Source: Candidatus Parcubacteria bacterium (lineage in GTDB: Bacteria > Patescibacteriota > Patescibacteriia > UBA1558 > GWA2-36-10). Taken from it: a stretch of DNA of 64,000 bases. Both the position numbers and the translations under genes were made by a program. The stretch covers positions 64,390 through 128,389 of the forward strand of contig JABHSK010000007.1 of NCBI GenBank assembly GCA_018669975.1. The letters run 5' to 3'. Position 1 is the first letter of the stretch; each line of letters starts with the position of its first letter. The notes beneath the pieces are model-generated. The model did not search any database. It saw only the letters and a program-made list of their open reading frames with translations, and was not told the origin of the DNA. This document shows, in pieces, positions 46,573-56,785 of the stretch.

Positions 46573-48591
46573 GTGAAACGCAACAAAAAAATAGCCTTGT
46601 TGGGTGTATTTTTACTACTGTTTGCCAACAACACGCAGGCCTTTAGTCAGGATTACACACCACGTGATGCGCATTTGAAATATCAAAGTTATTTTAACTT
46701 GATAAACATTGAACCAAGTTGGTCCAATGATTTGGAGGTGAATAAAGAAGTGGTAGTGGCAGTTTTGGATTCCGGAGTCGATATAGATCATCCGGACCTA
46801 AGCGACAACATTTGGGTAAATAGTGGTGAAATACCAGATGATGGCATTGATAATGATGGTAATAGTTATATTGATGATGTGCATGGTTGGGATTTTGTAG
46901 AGAGTAATAATGATCCAAATCCAACATTGGGAGCAGATTATAATCCAGTGGCTATTAATCATGGTACAGTTGTAGCTGGTATTATTGCAGCTGTGGCTAA
47001 TCAGGAGGGTATTATTGGTATTGCTCCTAACGCTAAGATTATGCCGCTTAAGATATTAAATGAAAAAGGTTCAGGCAATACCATGCTTTTATCTCAGGCA
47101 ATTGATTATGCTGTAGAAAATGGAGCAGATATCATTAATCTTAGTTTAGTAGGTGATTTTTACGATGATTTTTTACAAGATTCTGTAGAGAATGCCTATA
47201 AGAGCGGGGTATTAGTAGTAGCTGCTTCGGGCAATGAAGATGATGAAGGTATTGATTTAGATATAGAGCCACATTATCCGGTTTGTGATATCGATGAGAT
47301 TGACAGGGTGGCTGGTGTAGCAGCTGTGTCTGCTAGCAGGAGACTCACTCCTTTTTCAAATTATGGTCAAGGATGTATTGATATTTCTGCGCCAGGAGTT
47401 CGTTTTTATACTACTACATATTTTAATGCTGATATTCCAGAGTTTGCCAAACTGTATAGCAATGGTTGGTCTGGTACTTCAGTCGCAGCGCCAGTTGTGG
47501 CTGCTACAGCTGCTTTGCTTAAAAGTCATTATGCAGATTTAAGGCCATATGACATTATGACTATTTTGAATGCCACTGCGCAGGATTTGGAAGAAGATAA
47601 TCCAGAACTTTATCGTGATATGGGTAGTGGTTTGATAGATGTAGGTGCAGCTATAAATTATGCTGAAGATTACTACAATCAATATGTAAAAATATTATTA
47701 GCACCAAAGGCTGGTCTGCCACCGGAGATTTTGATAATGGATAACGAGGGAGATTTAGAAAGCGTCTTTTTGGCTTACGGAGCCAAGTTTAAGGGTGGTG
47801 TTAATATAGCAGTTGGTGATGTTAACGATGACGGTGCTACTGAAATTATTACTGCACCGATGGCTGGTGGAGGACCACATATCCGCGTTTTTGATATGAG
47901 TGGAGGATTGGTTTCTGAATTTTTTGCCTATCAACATGATTTTTATGGCGGTGTTAATATAGCAGTTGGTGATGTTAATAAAGATGGTATTGATGAAATT
48001 ATTACTGCACCGATGGCTGGTGGAGGACCACACGTTAGAGTTTTTGATATGAGTGGCGCTTTAATTTCAGAATTTTTTCCTTATGAGCATGATTTCTACG
48101 GCGGTGTTAATATAGCAGTTGGTGATGTTAATAAAGATGGCGCTGATGAAATTATTACTGCACCGATGAGTAAACACGTGCCAGAGATTAAGGTTTACAC
48201 TTACAATAATAGAAGAAAGAGTAGTTTTTTTGCCTATGGTGTAGATATGACTAATGGTGTTAAAGTAACTGTGGCAGATGTTAATAATGATACTTGGCCA
48301 GAGATAGTAACTGTGCCCGCCAAAGGTAGGTCACCAGAGGTAAAGATGTTTAGTATTAGAGGTAGACTTAAAGGTCAATTTACAGCTTATAGCAAAAGCT
48401 TAACGTCCGGTATTAGTATTTTAGCTCGTGATATATCAGGAGATAAAATGCCGGAGATTTTAACTCTACCAAGTAAAGGTTCAGCAGCTTTATTGGAGTC
48501 CTACGATTCCAAGGGTTTAGAGAAAGATAGTTTTTATCTACGAGATCCAGAAGATAAAAATGGTTATAATTTTGAAATATTGTCCAAATAA
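46573..48591 (+). CDS. secreted S8-family serine peptidase (subtilisin-like) with C-terminal tandem FG-GAP/VCBS-like repeats
   Basis: Catalytic triad motifs VAVLDSGVD (Asp), HGTVVAGIIAA (His), GTSVAAPVVAATAALL (Ser); signal peptide; 5 repeats of ~51 aa (F.AY...GGVNIAVGDVNxDG.DEIITAPMAGGGPH.RVFD); GTG start. Confidence 0.85.
   Translation: MKRNKKIALLGVFLLLFANNTQAFSQDYTPRDAHLKYQSYFNLINIEPSWSNDLEVNKEVVVAVLDSGVDIDHPDLSDNIWVNSGEIPDDGIDNDGNSYIDDVHGWDFVESNNDPNPTLGADYNPVAINHGTVVAGIIAAVANQEGIIGIAPNAKIMPLKILNEKGSGNTMLLSQAIDYAVENGADIINLSLVGDFYDDFLQDSVENAYKSGVLVVAASGNEDDEGIDLDIEPHYPVCDIDEIDRVAGVAAVSASRRLTPFSNYGQGCIDISAPGVRFYTTTYFNADIPEFAKLYSNGWSGTSVAAPVVAATAALLKSHYADLRPYDIMTILNATAQDLEEDNPELYRDMGSGLIDVGAAINYAEDYYNQYVKILLAPKAGLPPEILIMDNEGDLESVFLAYGAKFKGGVNIAVGDVNDDGATEIITAPMAGGGPHIRVFDMSGGLVSEFFAYQHDFYGGVNIAVGDVNKDGIDEIITAPMAGGGPHVRVFDMSGALISEFFPYEHDFYGGVNIAVGDVNKDGADEIITAPMSKHVPEIKVYTYNNRRKSSFFAYGVDMTNGVKVTVADVNNDTWPEIVTVPAKGRSPEVKMFSIRGRLKGQFTAYSKSLTSGISILARDISGDKMPEILTLPSKGSAALLESYDSKGLEKDSFYLRDPEDKNGYNFEILSK
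47794..48252 (+). repeat. three near-identical 153-bp tandem DNA repeats inside the subtilase gene (encode FG-GAP-like repeats)
   Basis: Repeat units begin ~47794, 47947, 48100 (ggyggtgttaatatagcagttggtgatgttaa...); period 153 nt. Confidence 0.8.
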
Positions 48592-48600
48592 TTTACAGAC

Positions 48601-49299
48601 ATGCAAATTAGTGTAATTATTCCCGCTTACAATGAAGAAGGTGTTATAGCTGATACTATCAAGGAAATCAGAGGATTTTTGCAGGATAATTTTGAGAGTT
48701 TTGAAATTGTGGTAGTTGATGACAAATCGACTGATAGCACTTTAAATATAATCCAATCACTGGCAGATGTTAGAGCGGTAAAAAATATAAAAAATCATGG
48801 CAAAGGATATTCTGTAGCCAAGGGTGTTAAAGTAGCCAAGGGTGATCTAATTTTATTTATGGATGCTGATAATTCTACTCGGATAGTAGAACTGCAAAAG
48901 TTTTTACCACAAATAAAAGATTATCCAATTGTAATTGGCTCTAGGGGACTCAAAGACTCAGATGTGCAGATTAAGCAAAATTTTATCAAAGCTTTTTTGG
49001 GAAAAGCTGGTAATATGTTGATACGCATATTAGTGGCGCCTAGGATTAGTGATACACAGTGTGGATTTAAGTTGTTTACAAAGGAATCAAAATATTTGTT
49101 TGATAAGTTGACCATAGAGCGTTGGGGATTTGATTTTGAGTTGATTTTTTTGGCTAGAAAATATAGTTTAAAGATTAAAGAAGTGCCAGTAGTTTGGCGG
49201 AACAACTTTGATTCAAAGGTGACCTGGTTGGGTTATGTTTCAACTCTGTTGCAGGTATTCAAGGTTCGTTTGAATAATATTTTAGGAAAATATAATTAA
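48601..49299 (+). CDS. GT2 glycosyltransferase (polyprenyl-phosphate sugar synthase, DPM1/GtrB-like)
   Basis: ISVIIPAYNEEG, VVVDDKSTD (DxD region), GT-A fold length 232 aa. Confidence 0.75.
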   Translation: MQISVIIPAYNEEGVIADTIKEIRGFLQDNFESFEIVVVDDKSTDSTLNIIQSLADVRAVKNIKNHGKGYSVAKGVKVAKGDLILFMDADNSTRIVELQKFLPQIKDYPIVIGSRGLKDSDVQIKQNFIKAFLGKAGNMLIRILVAPRISDTQCGFKLFTKESKYLFDKLTIERWGFDFELIFLARKYSLKIKEVPVVWRNNFDSKVTWLGYVSTLLQVFKVRLNNILGKYN

Positions 49300-49318
49300 A
49301 ATAAAATAATTTAAAAAT

Positions 49319-50353
49319 ATGGCAATAAAAGTTTACTTTGAAAAAAAGAATATATTGATATTAGGTGGAGCTGGATTTATTGGTTCACACTTGTGTGAAC
49401 ATTTAGTAAAGGCAGGGGGCAATGTCATTTGTGTAGATAATTTTGTTTCCAGTGATGTTGATAACATTCGAGCTTTATTAGAATATCCAAACTTTGAATT
49501 CGTGAAACATGATATCACTGAAGATATAGATTATGGCACTCTACCAGGATTGAAAAAGTTTGAAGTAGAGGTGCAAGGATTTCAAGAGATATATAACTTG
49601 GCTTGTCCGACTGCACCAAAAGATTATACTAAATTTCCGATTAAGACTGCTATAGCAAATTCGGTTGGTGTAGTTAAAAGTTTAGAGTTAGCGAAGCAAT
49701 ATAAATCTAGATATTTATTAGCTTCAACCTCAGCGGTTTATGGTAAACCACCAGAGAATGGAAAAGCGGTTAAAGAGGATTACTATGGTCTGTTAGATTT
49801 TCTTGGTCCTCGTGCTTGTTATAACGAAGGTAAACGTTTTGCGGAGACCTTGGTGATGACTTATAGGGATACTTATCAACTTAATACTAGTATAGCTAGA
49901 ATCTTTAGTACTTATGGTCCGAGGATGTTACAACAGAGCGGACGACAGGTGCCAGATTTCATTAGGTCTGCTGTAAAGAACGAGAATGTGATGGTTGCTG
50001 GCGATGAAAAATCACTTTTAAGTTTTTGTTATGTTAAGGATGTGGTTGAGGGTATGATATCTTTGATGGCTTCTGAGATTAGCGAGCCAATTAATTTTGG
50101 CAGTGGTAGTCCGCAAACTTTATCTGAGGTTGCTAAAAAAGTAATTGAAATTATTAATTCAAGTTCAGAGGTGAAGTATACCCAGAAGTATGCCTATACA
50201 ATGCAACCTGCTATTCCTGATATTAATAAAGCTAAAAATGAATTGAATTGGTTTCCATTGGTTTCCATTGATGAAGGTCTTAAGTTGGCAGTCGATTATT
50301 TTAAGGGTACAGCTTTTTTACACAGACCAACAATACAATCACAAGAAGAATAA
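49319..50353 (+). CDS. UDP-glucuronate decarboxylase (UDP-xylose synthase, UXS/ArnA-decarboxylase-like SDR)
   Basis: ILILGGAGFIGSHLCEHL...VICVDNFVSSDVDNI...FEFVKHDITE closely parallels UXS; YNEGKRFAETL catalytic YxxxK. Confidence 0.7.
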   Translation: MAIKVYFEKKNILILGGAGFIGSHLCEHLVKAGGNVICVDNFVSSDVDNIRALLEYPNFEFVKHDITEDIDYGTLPGLKKFEVEVQGFQEIYNLACPTAPKDYTKFPIKTAIANSVGVVKSLELAKQYKSRYLLASTSAVYGKPPENGKAVKEDYYGLLDFLGPRACYNEGKRFAETLVMTYRDTYQLNTSIARIFSTYGPRMLQQSGRQVPDFIRSAVKNENVMVAGDEKSLLSFCYVKDVVEGMISLMASEISEPINFGSGSPQTLSEVAKKVIEIINSSSEVKYTQKYAYTMQPAIPDINKAKNELNWFPLVSIDEGLKLAVDYFKGTAFLHRPTIQSQEE

Positions 50354-50359
50354 TTTTTT

Positions 50360-51022
50360 ATGAAAATTTTTGTTGTTATACCAGCCTGGAATGAAGCCAA
50401 AAGAATCAGACAAGTTTTACAAAGTCTGATTTCTTTGCCTTATGAGGTGGTAGTAGTTGATGATGCGTCTACCGATGAGACAGCAGAAATAGTTAGGGAG
50501 TTTCCAGTTTATTTATTGAGACACAGACTCAATCGTGATCAGGGAGCAGCCTTACAAACAGGTAATGATTTTGCATTAAGCCATGGGGCTGATGTGATAG
50601 TGCATTTTGATGCCGACGGGCAATTTTTAGTAGAAGAGATAAAAGATTTAGCACAGCCAGTCATTGACGGAGTTTGTGATGTAGTATTTGGCTCTAGATT
50701 TTTGGAAAAGAAGTCAAAGATGCCTTGGTTCAAAAAGAATATTATGTTTCCCATAGCCAGGTTAGTTAATCGAATTCTCCTGGGTATCAAATTGACTGAT
50801 CCACAAAGTGGTTTTAGAGTGTTGTCTAGACAGGTAGCCGAGGCTATTATCATCGAGCAAGATGGTAAAGCACATTGTAGTGAAATTGCTGCTAAAGTTT
50901 TTGAACATAAGTTTAAAGTCAAGGAAGTACCAATGACAGTTATTTACCATGAGTTTGGTCAAGGTTTAAGCGGTGGTATTAAAATAGTGAAGGATTTAAT
51001 ATTTAGTAAGTTATTAAAATGA
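50360..51022 (+). CDS. GT2 glycosyltransferase (polyprenyl-phosphate sugar synthase-like)
   Basis: IFVVIPAWNEAKRI, VVVDDASTDET, HFDADGQ (DxD). Confidence 0.75.
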   Translation: MKIFVVIPAWNEAKRIRQVLQSLISLPYEVVVVDDASTDETAEIVREFPVYLLRHRLNRDQGAALQTGNDFALSHGADVIVHFDADGQFLVEEIKDLAQPVIDGVCDVVFGSRFLEKKSKMPWFKKNIMFPIARLVNRILLGIKLTDPQSGFRVLSRQVAEAIIIEQDGKAHCSEIAAKVFEHKFKVKEVPMTVIYHEFGQGLSGGIKIVKDLIFSKLLK

Positions 51023-51351
51023 TTTTTTTACAAAGTGTAGTCACCTTATTTATTATTGTAATTCTGTTCAAATTATTTAGACAGCGACAGAGTGGAAAAT
51101 TATCCCTGGGAGCGTTTATTTTTTGGTTTATATTATGGTTATTGGTAGCGGTTGTTTTTTGGCAACCAGAGACAACCTCTTACATGGCAAATCGTTTAGG
51201 GATAGGCCGAGGAGCTGACTTAGCTGTTTATTTGTCTATATTGGCAATATTTTACCTGTTGTTTAGAATTTTTGTCCGTCTCAACAAGATTGATGCGGAA
51301 ATTACTAAAGTAGTCAGAAAGGACGCCATTAAAAATGTTGAAAAAAAATAA
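51019..51351 (+). CDS. small 3-TM membrane protein (DUF2304-like, typical partner of polyprenyl-P GT2 enzymes)
   Basis: 110 aa, three hydrophobic helices, overlaps flanking genes by 4 and 17 nt. Confidence 0.45.
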   Translation: MIFLQSVVTLFIIVILFKLFRQRQSGKLSLGAFIFWFILWLLVAVVFWQPETTSYMANRLGIGRGADLAVYLSILAIFYLLFRIFVRLNKIDAEITKVVRKDAIKNVEKK

Positions 51352-52387
51352 AGTCATAATTATTATAGCTAGTTATAACGGTCAAAATTATTGGCCTGGA
51401 TTGATGCCTTTGCTGAGTCAGGAAAAGTATCATGATTTTGATTTAGAAATATTAGTAGTAGATAATAATTCTAGTGATCAATCGGTAGCTTATTTGAGGG
51501 AAAATTATCCAGAAGTTAAGTTAATCGTTAATAAGGAAAATACTGGCTTCGTCGGTGCTAATAATATCGGCTATCAATATGCTGTTCAGCAGAAGGCCGA
51601 TTTTATTTATTTATTAAATCAAGATACCGTGATAGAGTCCGGGTTTTTACAACCTCTTTATGATTTTGCTAAGCAAAATAAGTTTGGTTCCTTGCAATCA
51701 AAACTTAGACTGTGGGATAAGCAGGATAGGATTAATACTATTGGTAACGCTATCCATTTTTTAGGTTTTGGCTTTAGTAAGAAATCAGGGCAGGTAGATG
51801 ATAATAAACAAAAAATAAGTCAGATAAACTATGCTTCTGGTGCAGGTGTATTCATTTCCATGGCAGCTCTGCGAGATTTGGGAGGGTTATTTGATGAAAC
51901 CATGTTCATGTATTTAGAGGACCTTGATTTGGGTTGGTCTTTGCAACTATTGGGTTATGATAATTATTTGATACCAGAGAGTATCATTTATCATAAGTAT
52001 GAATTTAGTCGTGGCATGAAGCATTTACACTGGTTTGAGAGAAATAGAATATGGACCATGTTAAAAAATTATAAGTTGCCCACCTTGATTATGATATTAC
52101 CGGCTTGTTTAATTATGGAAATTGGTCAATTATTTTTTGCTTTAATGAATAAAAGGTTTTGGCAAAAAATTCGTGCGTATTCTTTTTTATTATCACCACG
52201 GCAATTGCGTGTTTTATTAAAGAAAAGAAAATATATTCAAGCTAAACGTAAACGTAGTGATAGACAGGTCGTTTATAAATTTTCTGGTAGGATATTATTT
52301 CAACCACTTGATTCAGTTTTATTAAAGATATCAAATTTTGTTTTTGGTTTTTATTGGCTCCTAATTAAGAATTTTATTTTTTGGTAA
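51335..52387 (+). CDS. GT2 glycosyltransferase with C-terminal membrane segment
   Basis: IIIIASYNGQNY, VVDNNSSDQS, GT-A fold motifs; hydrophobic C-terminus. Confidence 0.65.
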   Translation: MLKKNKVIIIIASYNGQNYWPGLMPLLSQEKYHDFDLEILVVDNNSSDQSVAYLRENYPEVKLIVNKENTGFVGANNIGYQYAVQQKADFIYLLNQDTVIESGFLQPLYDFAKQNKFGSLQSKLRLWDKQDRINTIGNAIHFLGFGFSKKSGQVDDNKQKISQINYASGAGVFISMAALRDLGGLFDETMFMYLEDLDLGWSLQLLGYDNYLIPESIIYHKYEFSRGMKHLHWFERNRIWTMLKNYKLPTLIMILPACLIMEIGQLFFALMNKRFWQKIRAYSFLLSPRQLRVLLKKRKYIQAKRKRSDRQVVYKFSGRILFQPLDSVLLKISNFVFGFYWLLIKNFIFW

Positions 52388-53535
52388 TGAAAATAGCAGA
52401 AGTCTGTTCAACTTTTCCACCCTACAAAGGAGGCATGGGTAATGTGGCATATTACAATGCCTGGTCTTTGTCTACCCTTGGTCATGAGGTGACAGTTTTT
52501 ACACCTCGCTACAAAGAGGACAAACAGCACGCTGATGAATATCCCTTTAAGGTGCAACGTCTTCGTCCTTGGTTTAAATATGGTAATGCAGGCATCTTGC
52601 CACAATTAATGTGGAAATTATTGAAATTTGATGTTATTCATCTCCATTATCCATTTTTTGGTGGTTCAGAAATTATTTATTTTTTAGATAAATTTAAAGA
52701 TTTAAAATTAGTGGTTACCTATCATATGGATGTGGTAGGTAAGGGTAAGTTGTTGTCAAAGTTTTTTAACTGGCATAGTAATCATGTTTTGCCACGTATA
52801 TTAGATTGTGCTGATAAAGTAATAGTAACATCTTGGGATTATGCAGAATCTTCAAGTCTTAAGGATAGATTGAAAACAGAGCCTGAAAAATTTACTGCAA
52901 TTCCTTGTGGGGTTAATCATTTACTTTTTAAACCTAGATTTAGAGATAAGAATATTTTGAATAAGTACGGCCTAGGTGATAAAAAGGTAATTTTGTTTGT
53001 TGGCGCTTTAGATAAGGCACATTATTTTAAGGGTGTTAATATTTTATTGCAGGCCGTTAATAAGCTAGCTGATAGTGATGATTTTAGATTGGTAATTGTT
53101 GGTGATGGTGATTTACGAGGTAGTTATGAAAGCTTGGTAGATAGTTTAGGTTTGAACAATAAAGTTATTTTTGCTGGTTTTATACCAGATAATCTCTTGC
53201 CAAAATATTATAGTGTGGCTGATATATTTGTTTTGCCATCTATAGATAAATCAGAAGCCTTTGGTATTGTTTCTTTGGAGGCTATGTCTTCTGGTGTGCC
53301 AGTAATTGCAGCTGACTTGCCAGGAGTTCGTTCAGTGGTAGATAAGAAAGAGACTGGCCTATTGGTAAAACCGGGCAGTGTAGATAACCTAGCAGATATG
53401 ATAAAGTATTTACTTAAGAATCCAAAGATCGCTAAGAGCTTAGGTAAAGCTGGTCGAGCTAAAGTTTTGGAGCTATATACCTGGGAAAAAATAGGGTATA
53501 AATTAGATAATATATTTAGGAGTATTGAAAAATGA
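52381..53535 (+). CDS. GT4 (GT-B) glycosyltransferase
   Basis: EAFGIVSLEAMSSGVPVIAADLPGVRSVV (E-x7-E GT4 motif). Confidence 0.8.
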   Translation: MVMKIAEVCSTFPPYKGGMGNVAYYNAWSLSTLGHEVTVFTPRYKEDKQHADEYPFKVQRLRPWFKYGNAGILPQLMWKLLKFDVIHLHYPFFGGSEIIYFLDKFKDLKLVVTYHMDVVGKGKLLSKFFNWHSNHVLPRILDCADKVIVTSWDYAESSSLKDRLKTEPEKFTAIPCGVNHLLFKPRFRDKNILNKYGLGDKKVILFVGALDKAHYFKGVNILLQAVNKLADSDDFRLVIVGDGDLRGSYESLVDSLGLNNKVIFAGFIPDNLLPKYYSVADIFVLPSIDKSEAFGIVSLEAMSSGVPVIAADLPGVRSVVDKKETGLLVKPGSVDNLADMIKYLLKNPKIAKSLGKAGRAKVLELYTWEKIGYKLDNIFRSIEK

Positions 53536-54752
53536 AGATAGGTATTATTTCCAATTTATATCCACCGTTTATTAGGGGTGGTGCAGAAGTTATTGCTGCA
53601 GCTGAGGCTGAAGGTTTAAAAAAAGCCTGGCAGCATGTTTTTGTAATTTCTAGTCGACCCAAGAACATTAGAGTACGTGGTGGTCGATTAATGGGATCCA
53701 AATCTATAACTCAAGACGAAATTAATGAGGTGTCTGTTTTTCGTTTTAATCCTATTAATATTTATTATTACCTAAACGATTTTAAATATCCTGGTTTTGT
53801 GCGTCTACTATGGCACTTGTTTGATATGTTTAATATTTTTTCTTATTTTAGTGTTAAAAAAATATTGAAGGAAGAAAAACCAGATTTAGTAATCACGCAT
53901 AATTTGATGGGTTTGGGTTTTTTAATACCTAGATTACTGCGTCAATTAAAAATCAAACATATACACACTATTCATGATGTGCAATTGGTGACGCCGTCCG
54001 GTTTGATTATTAAAGATAAGGAGCAAGCCTGGCAGCATAAGCTTTTTACTTTTATAGGTTACGTTAAGGTAATGCGTTGGTTAATGGGTTCGCCAGAAAT
54101 TATTATTTCGCCATCTAAGTTTTTATTAAACTATTATAAACAGAGTAATTTTTTTGCTAAGTCAAAAAAAGTTTATTTACCCAATCCGGTTAAAGGAGCG
54201 ATTGATATAAAAAAAGAAAGTAGTCAAAATTTAGAGTTATTGTATTTAGGGCAGGTGCATAAAGCTAAAGGGGTTTTAGATTTAGTTAAGCATTTTGAAA
54301 AAATAAAATTGCCACATATTCGATTGCATGTAGTTGGTGTAGGGCAAGATATGTCCAAGGCTAAAAAATTGGCCAAAGACGATAAAAGGATTCATTTTCA
54401 TGGTTGGATGCAACACAGCTCTTTGATGCCGCTATTGTCCAAGATGGACACCTTAATTGTACCATCTATGTGTTATGAAAATTCGCCAGCTGTGATTTAC
54501 GAAGCACTGAGTATGGGATTGCCAGTTATGGCAGCTGATATAGGTGGTGTGCCAGAGTTAATAATTGAGGGAAAAAATGGCTGGATATTTACTGCTGGAA
54601 ATTTTGATGAATTAAATAAAAAAATAATTAGTTTATACAAGCAACGTGATAAGATAAAACTGATGTCTGAAAATTGTCGGCGTAGTGTTGCTAAATATAA
54701 TATAGATAATTATACAGAGAAAATTTTAGAGTTAGCCAATGAAACTAAGTAA
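53532..54752 (+). CDS. GT4 (GT-B) glycosyltransferase
   Basis: CYENSPAVIYEALSMGLPVMAADIGGVPELI GT4 motif. Confidence 0.8.
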   Translation: MKIGIISNLYPPFIRGGAEVIAAAEAEGLKKAWQHVFVISSRPKNIRVRGGRLMGSKSITQDEINEVSVFRFNPINIYYYLNDFKYPGFVRLLWHLFDMFNIFSYFSVKKILKEEKPDLVITHNLMGLGFLIPRLLRQLKIKHIHTIHDVQLVTPSGLIIKDKEQAWQHKLFTFIGYVKVMRWLMGSPEIIISPSKFLLNYYKQSNFFAKSKKVYLPNPVKGAIDIKKESSQNLELLYLGQVHKAKGVLDLVKHFEKIKLPHIRLHVVGVGQDMSKAKKLAKDDKRIHFHGWMQHSSLMPLLSKMDTLIVPSMCYENSPAVIYEALSMGLPVMAADIGGVPELIIEGKNGWIFTAGNFDELNKKIISLYKQRDKIKLMSENCRRSVAKYNIDNYTEKILELANETK

Positions 54753-56370
54753 AGAAAAAAAATATAATATAATCCTACTTTTTTTGTGCGTGTTATTTTT
54801 TGTATTGTATAGTTTTACAGTAGTAGCTGCTTGGCTGCCGCAATGGCTAAACCTCAAGCACCTAATCTTTAATTGGCCTGACGCCAATGCCAATTATTTT
54901 TTTGCTAAATTATTTGCTGAACAGGGAGTGTTGTCCTGGCACGAGCCATTTAATAGTATTACTGATAATTTGTTGCACACTAGAAGTATTAATGTTGTCG
55001 ATGCTAATTTAGTACCGATGACTTTTTTACCAGTATTAATACTTTTTGGTTTAGCGGCTAAGCTATTTGGTCCTTTTGGAATTTTATTTTTAACGCCGCT
55101 ACTGGCTACTTTGACAGTTTATATTATTTATTGTTTATCTTTTTATATATTTAAAGATTTAGATTTATCATTTTTGATTGCTTTGTTATTTTTCCCTTTG
55201 GCGCCTTGGTTATATTTCTCTAACATTGTGATGTTGCCGACTGTGTTATTCATCTTTTTAGTTAGTGGTGGTTGGTTGGCGATAGCTAAGAGTTTGGCCA
55301 CAAAAAATAATATTTGGTGGATAATAGGTGCCTTATTTTTGTCGTTAGCTGTGGTGGTGCGTCCTACAGAGGTGTTATGGTTAGCTTTAGTTTGGGTTTT
55401 TGTGATTTATATAAACAGAAAAAGACTTAAGTATCAAAGGTGTTTAGTGGGAGTGTTAATTTTTCTAGCAGTATTTATAACGTTTTTGTCTTTTAATAAA
55501 TTGATCTACGGTGGATACCTCAGCTTTGGTTATTTAAATCTGCAATCGGGTACGCTACCTACAGAATTTAGTGGGCAACAGAGTCGCAATGTATTTGATT
55601 CCGTTAAATTACTATTAATGCCTTTTGGTTTTGATTTTTTATTGATAGTTAAAAATTTTGTAAAATATTTTGTAAATATTATTTGGTATCATGTATTATT
55701 TGCCGCAGCTGGATTTATTTTACTATCGACCAACAAAAAACTTAGTTTAACTTGGAAGAAATATTTTTTACTGACGCCTTTTGTGTTCATATTAATTTTG
55801 TTGTTTTATGGCTCATGGGATTTAGCAGATCCTCTAGTAAAAGAATTAAACACCATCAGCATTTCTTATGTGCGTTATTTTATGCCATTGTATATTTGGT
55901 TGTTGCCTTTGTCAGCCTATGCCATTAAGAAATTATTTAGCAGTAAAGATAAAACTAATCAATTAGCTTATTATGTAATTATCTTCGCGTTAGCTATTTT
56001 ATCTATTAAGGTAGCTTTTTATGCTAAACATGATGGTTTATTTAAAAATAAAGAAAATTTACTAAACTATAGCCAGCAGTACGAGGGAGTGTATGAACTT
56101 GTACCAGAAGATGCTATTATTATTACTGACAGAAGTGACAAGGTGTTTTTCCCGCAATATCAGGTAATTGTGCCACAGGGTGATTTGCCTTTGTGGCCGA
56201 GGATTTCTAAGATTGTTGATAATCAAAATATTTACTATTTTACTGATAAATCTGAGCAGGAGATTGATAATCAACGTGTAGTGGCTAATTCAAATGGTGT
56301 TGCCATTGGTAATTTAGTTGAGATTGATAAAAAATTTAAATTATATAAAATAATTAGAATAACAAGATAA
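54739..56370 (+). CDS. polytopic membrane protein, putative GT-C glycosyltransferase (ArnT/PMT-like) with C-terminal soluble domain
   Basis: ~12 TM helices followed by ~120-aa hydrophilic C-terminus; architecture only. Confidence 0.5.
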   Translation: MKLSKEKKYNIILLFLCVLFFVLYSFTVVAAWLPQWLNLKHLIFNWPDANANYFFAKLFAEQGVLSWHEPFNSITDNLLHTRSINVVDANLVPMTFLPVLILFGLAAKLFGPFGILFLTPLLATLTVYIIYCLSFYIFKDLDLSFLIALLFFPLAPWLYFSNIVMLPTVLFIFLVSGGWLAIAKSLATKNNIWWIIGALFLSLAVVVRPTEVLWLALVWVFVIYINRKRLKYQRCLVGVLIFLAVFITFLSFNKLIYGGYLSFGYLNLQSGTLPTEFSGQQSRNVFDSVKLLLMPFGFDFLLIVKNFVKYFVNIIWYHVLFAAAGFILLSTNKKLSLTWKKYFLLTPFVFILILLFYGSWDLADPLVKELNTISISYVRYFMPLYIWLLPLSAYAIKKLFSSKDKTNQLAYYVIIFALAILSIKVAFYAKHDGLFKNKENLLNYSQQYEGVYELVPEDAIIITDRSDKVFFPQYQVIVPQGDLPLWPRISKIVDNQNIYYFTDKSEQEIDNQRVVANSNGVAIGNLVEIDKKFKLYKIIRITR

Positions 56371-56374
56371 AAAA

Positions 56375-56782
56375 ATGGATTGTCTATTTTGTAAAATCGT
56401 TAATAAGGAATTGCCTAGCAAGGTTCTTTATGAGGATGATAAGTTTGTGTGTTTCATGGATATAAATCCACACACTAAAGGGCATTGTTTAGTTATACCA
56501 AAGGAGCACGCAGAAAATTTTACTGCTTTGGATAATGACACTGTTGGTGAATTTGCTAAATTAGTGCACCGCATTGCACCACAAGTAGCTGGTATGATGA
56601 AAGCCGATGCATACAATGTGGGTATGAATAATGGAGCTGCCGCCGGACAGGTAATTGGTCATGTGCATTGGCACATTATTCCACGTTATCGAAATGATGG
56701 TTTAGAGTATTGGGGTATTAATGAGGAGGAAGTAAGTAAGTTGGATGAAAGGTTTACCGAATTAGACGGCAAGATAAAATAA
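56375..56782 (+). CDS. HIT-family (histidine triad) hydrolase
   Basis: HVHWHIIPR histidine triad, CxxC N-terminal region; 135 aa. Confidence 0.85.
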   Translation: MDCLFCKIVNKELPSKVLYEDDKFVCFMDINPHTKGHCLVIPKEHAENFTALDNDTVGEFAKLVHRIAPQVAGMMKADAYNVGMNNGAAAGQVIGHVHWHIIPRYRNDGLEYWGINEEEVSKLDERFTELDGKIK

Positions 56783-56785
56783 AGT

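Noticed and set aside
47794-48252. Possible CRISPR-like array (regular ~153-bp periodic repeats)
   Set aside because: Repeats are in-frame coding repeats (FG-GAP-like blades) inside the subtilase gene, with no spacer/repeat structure or cas genes; no CRISPR array anywhere in the window.
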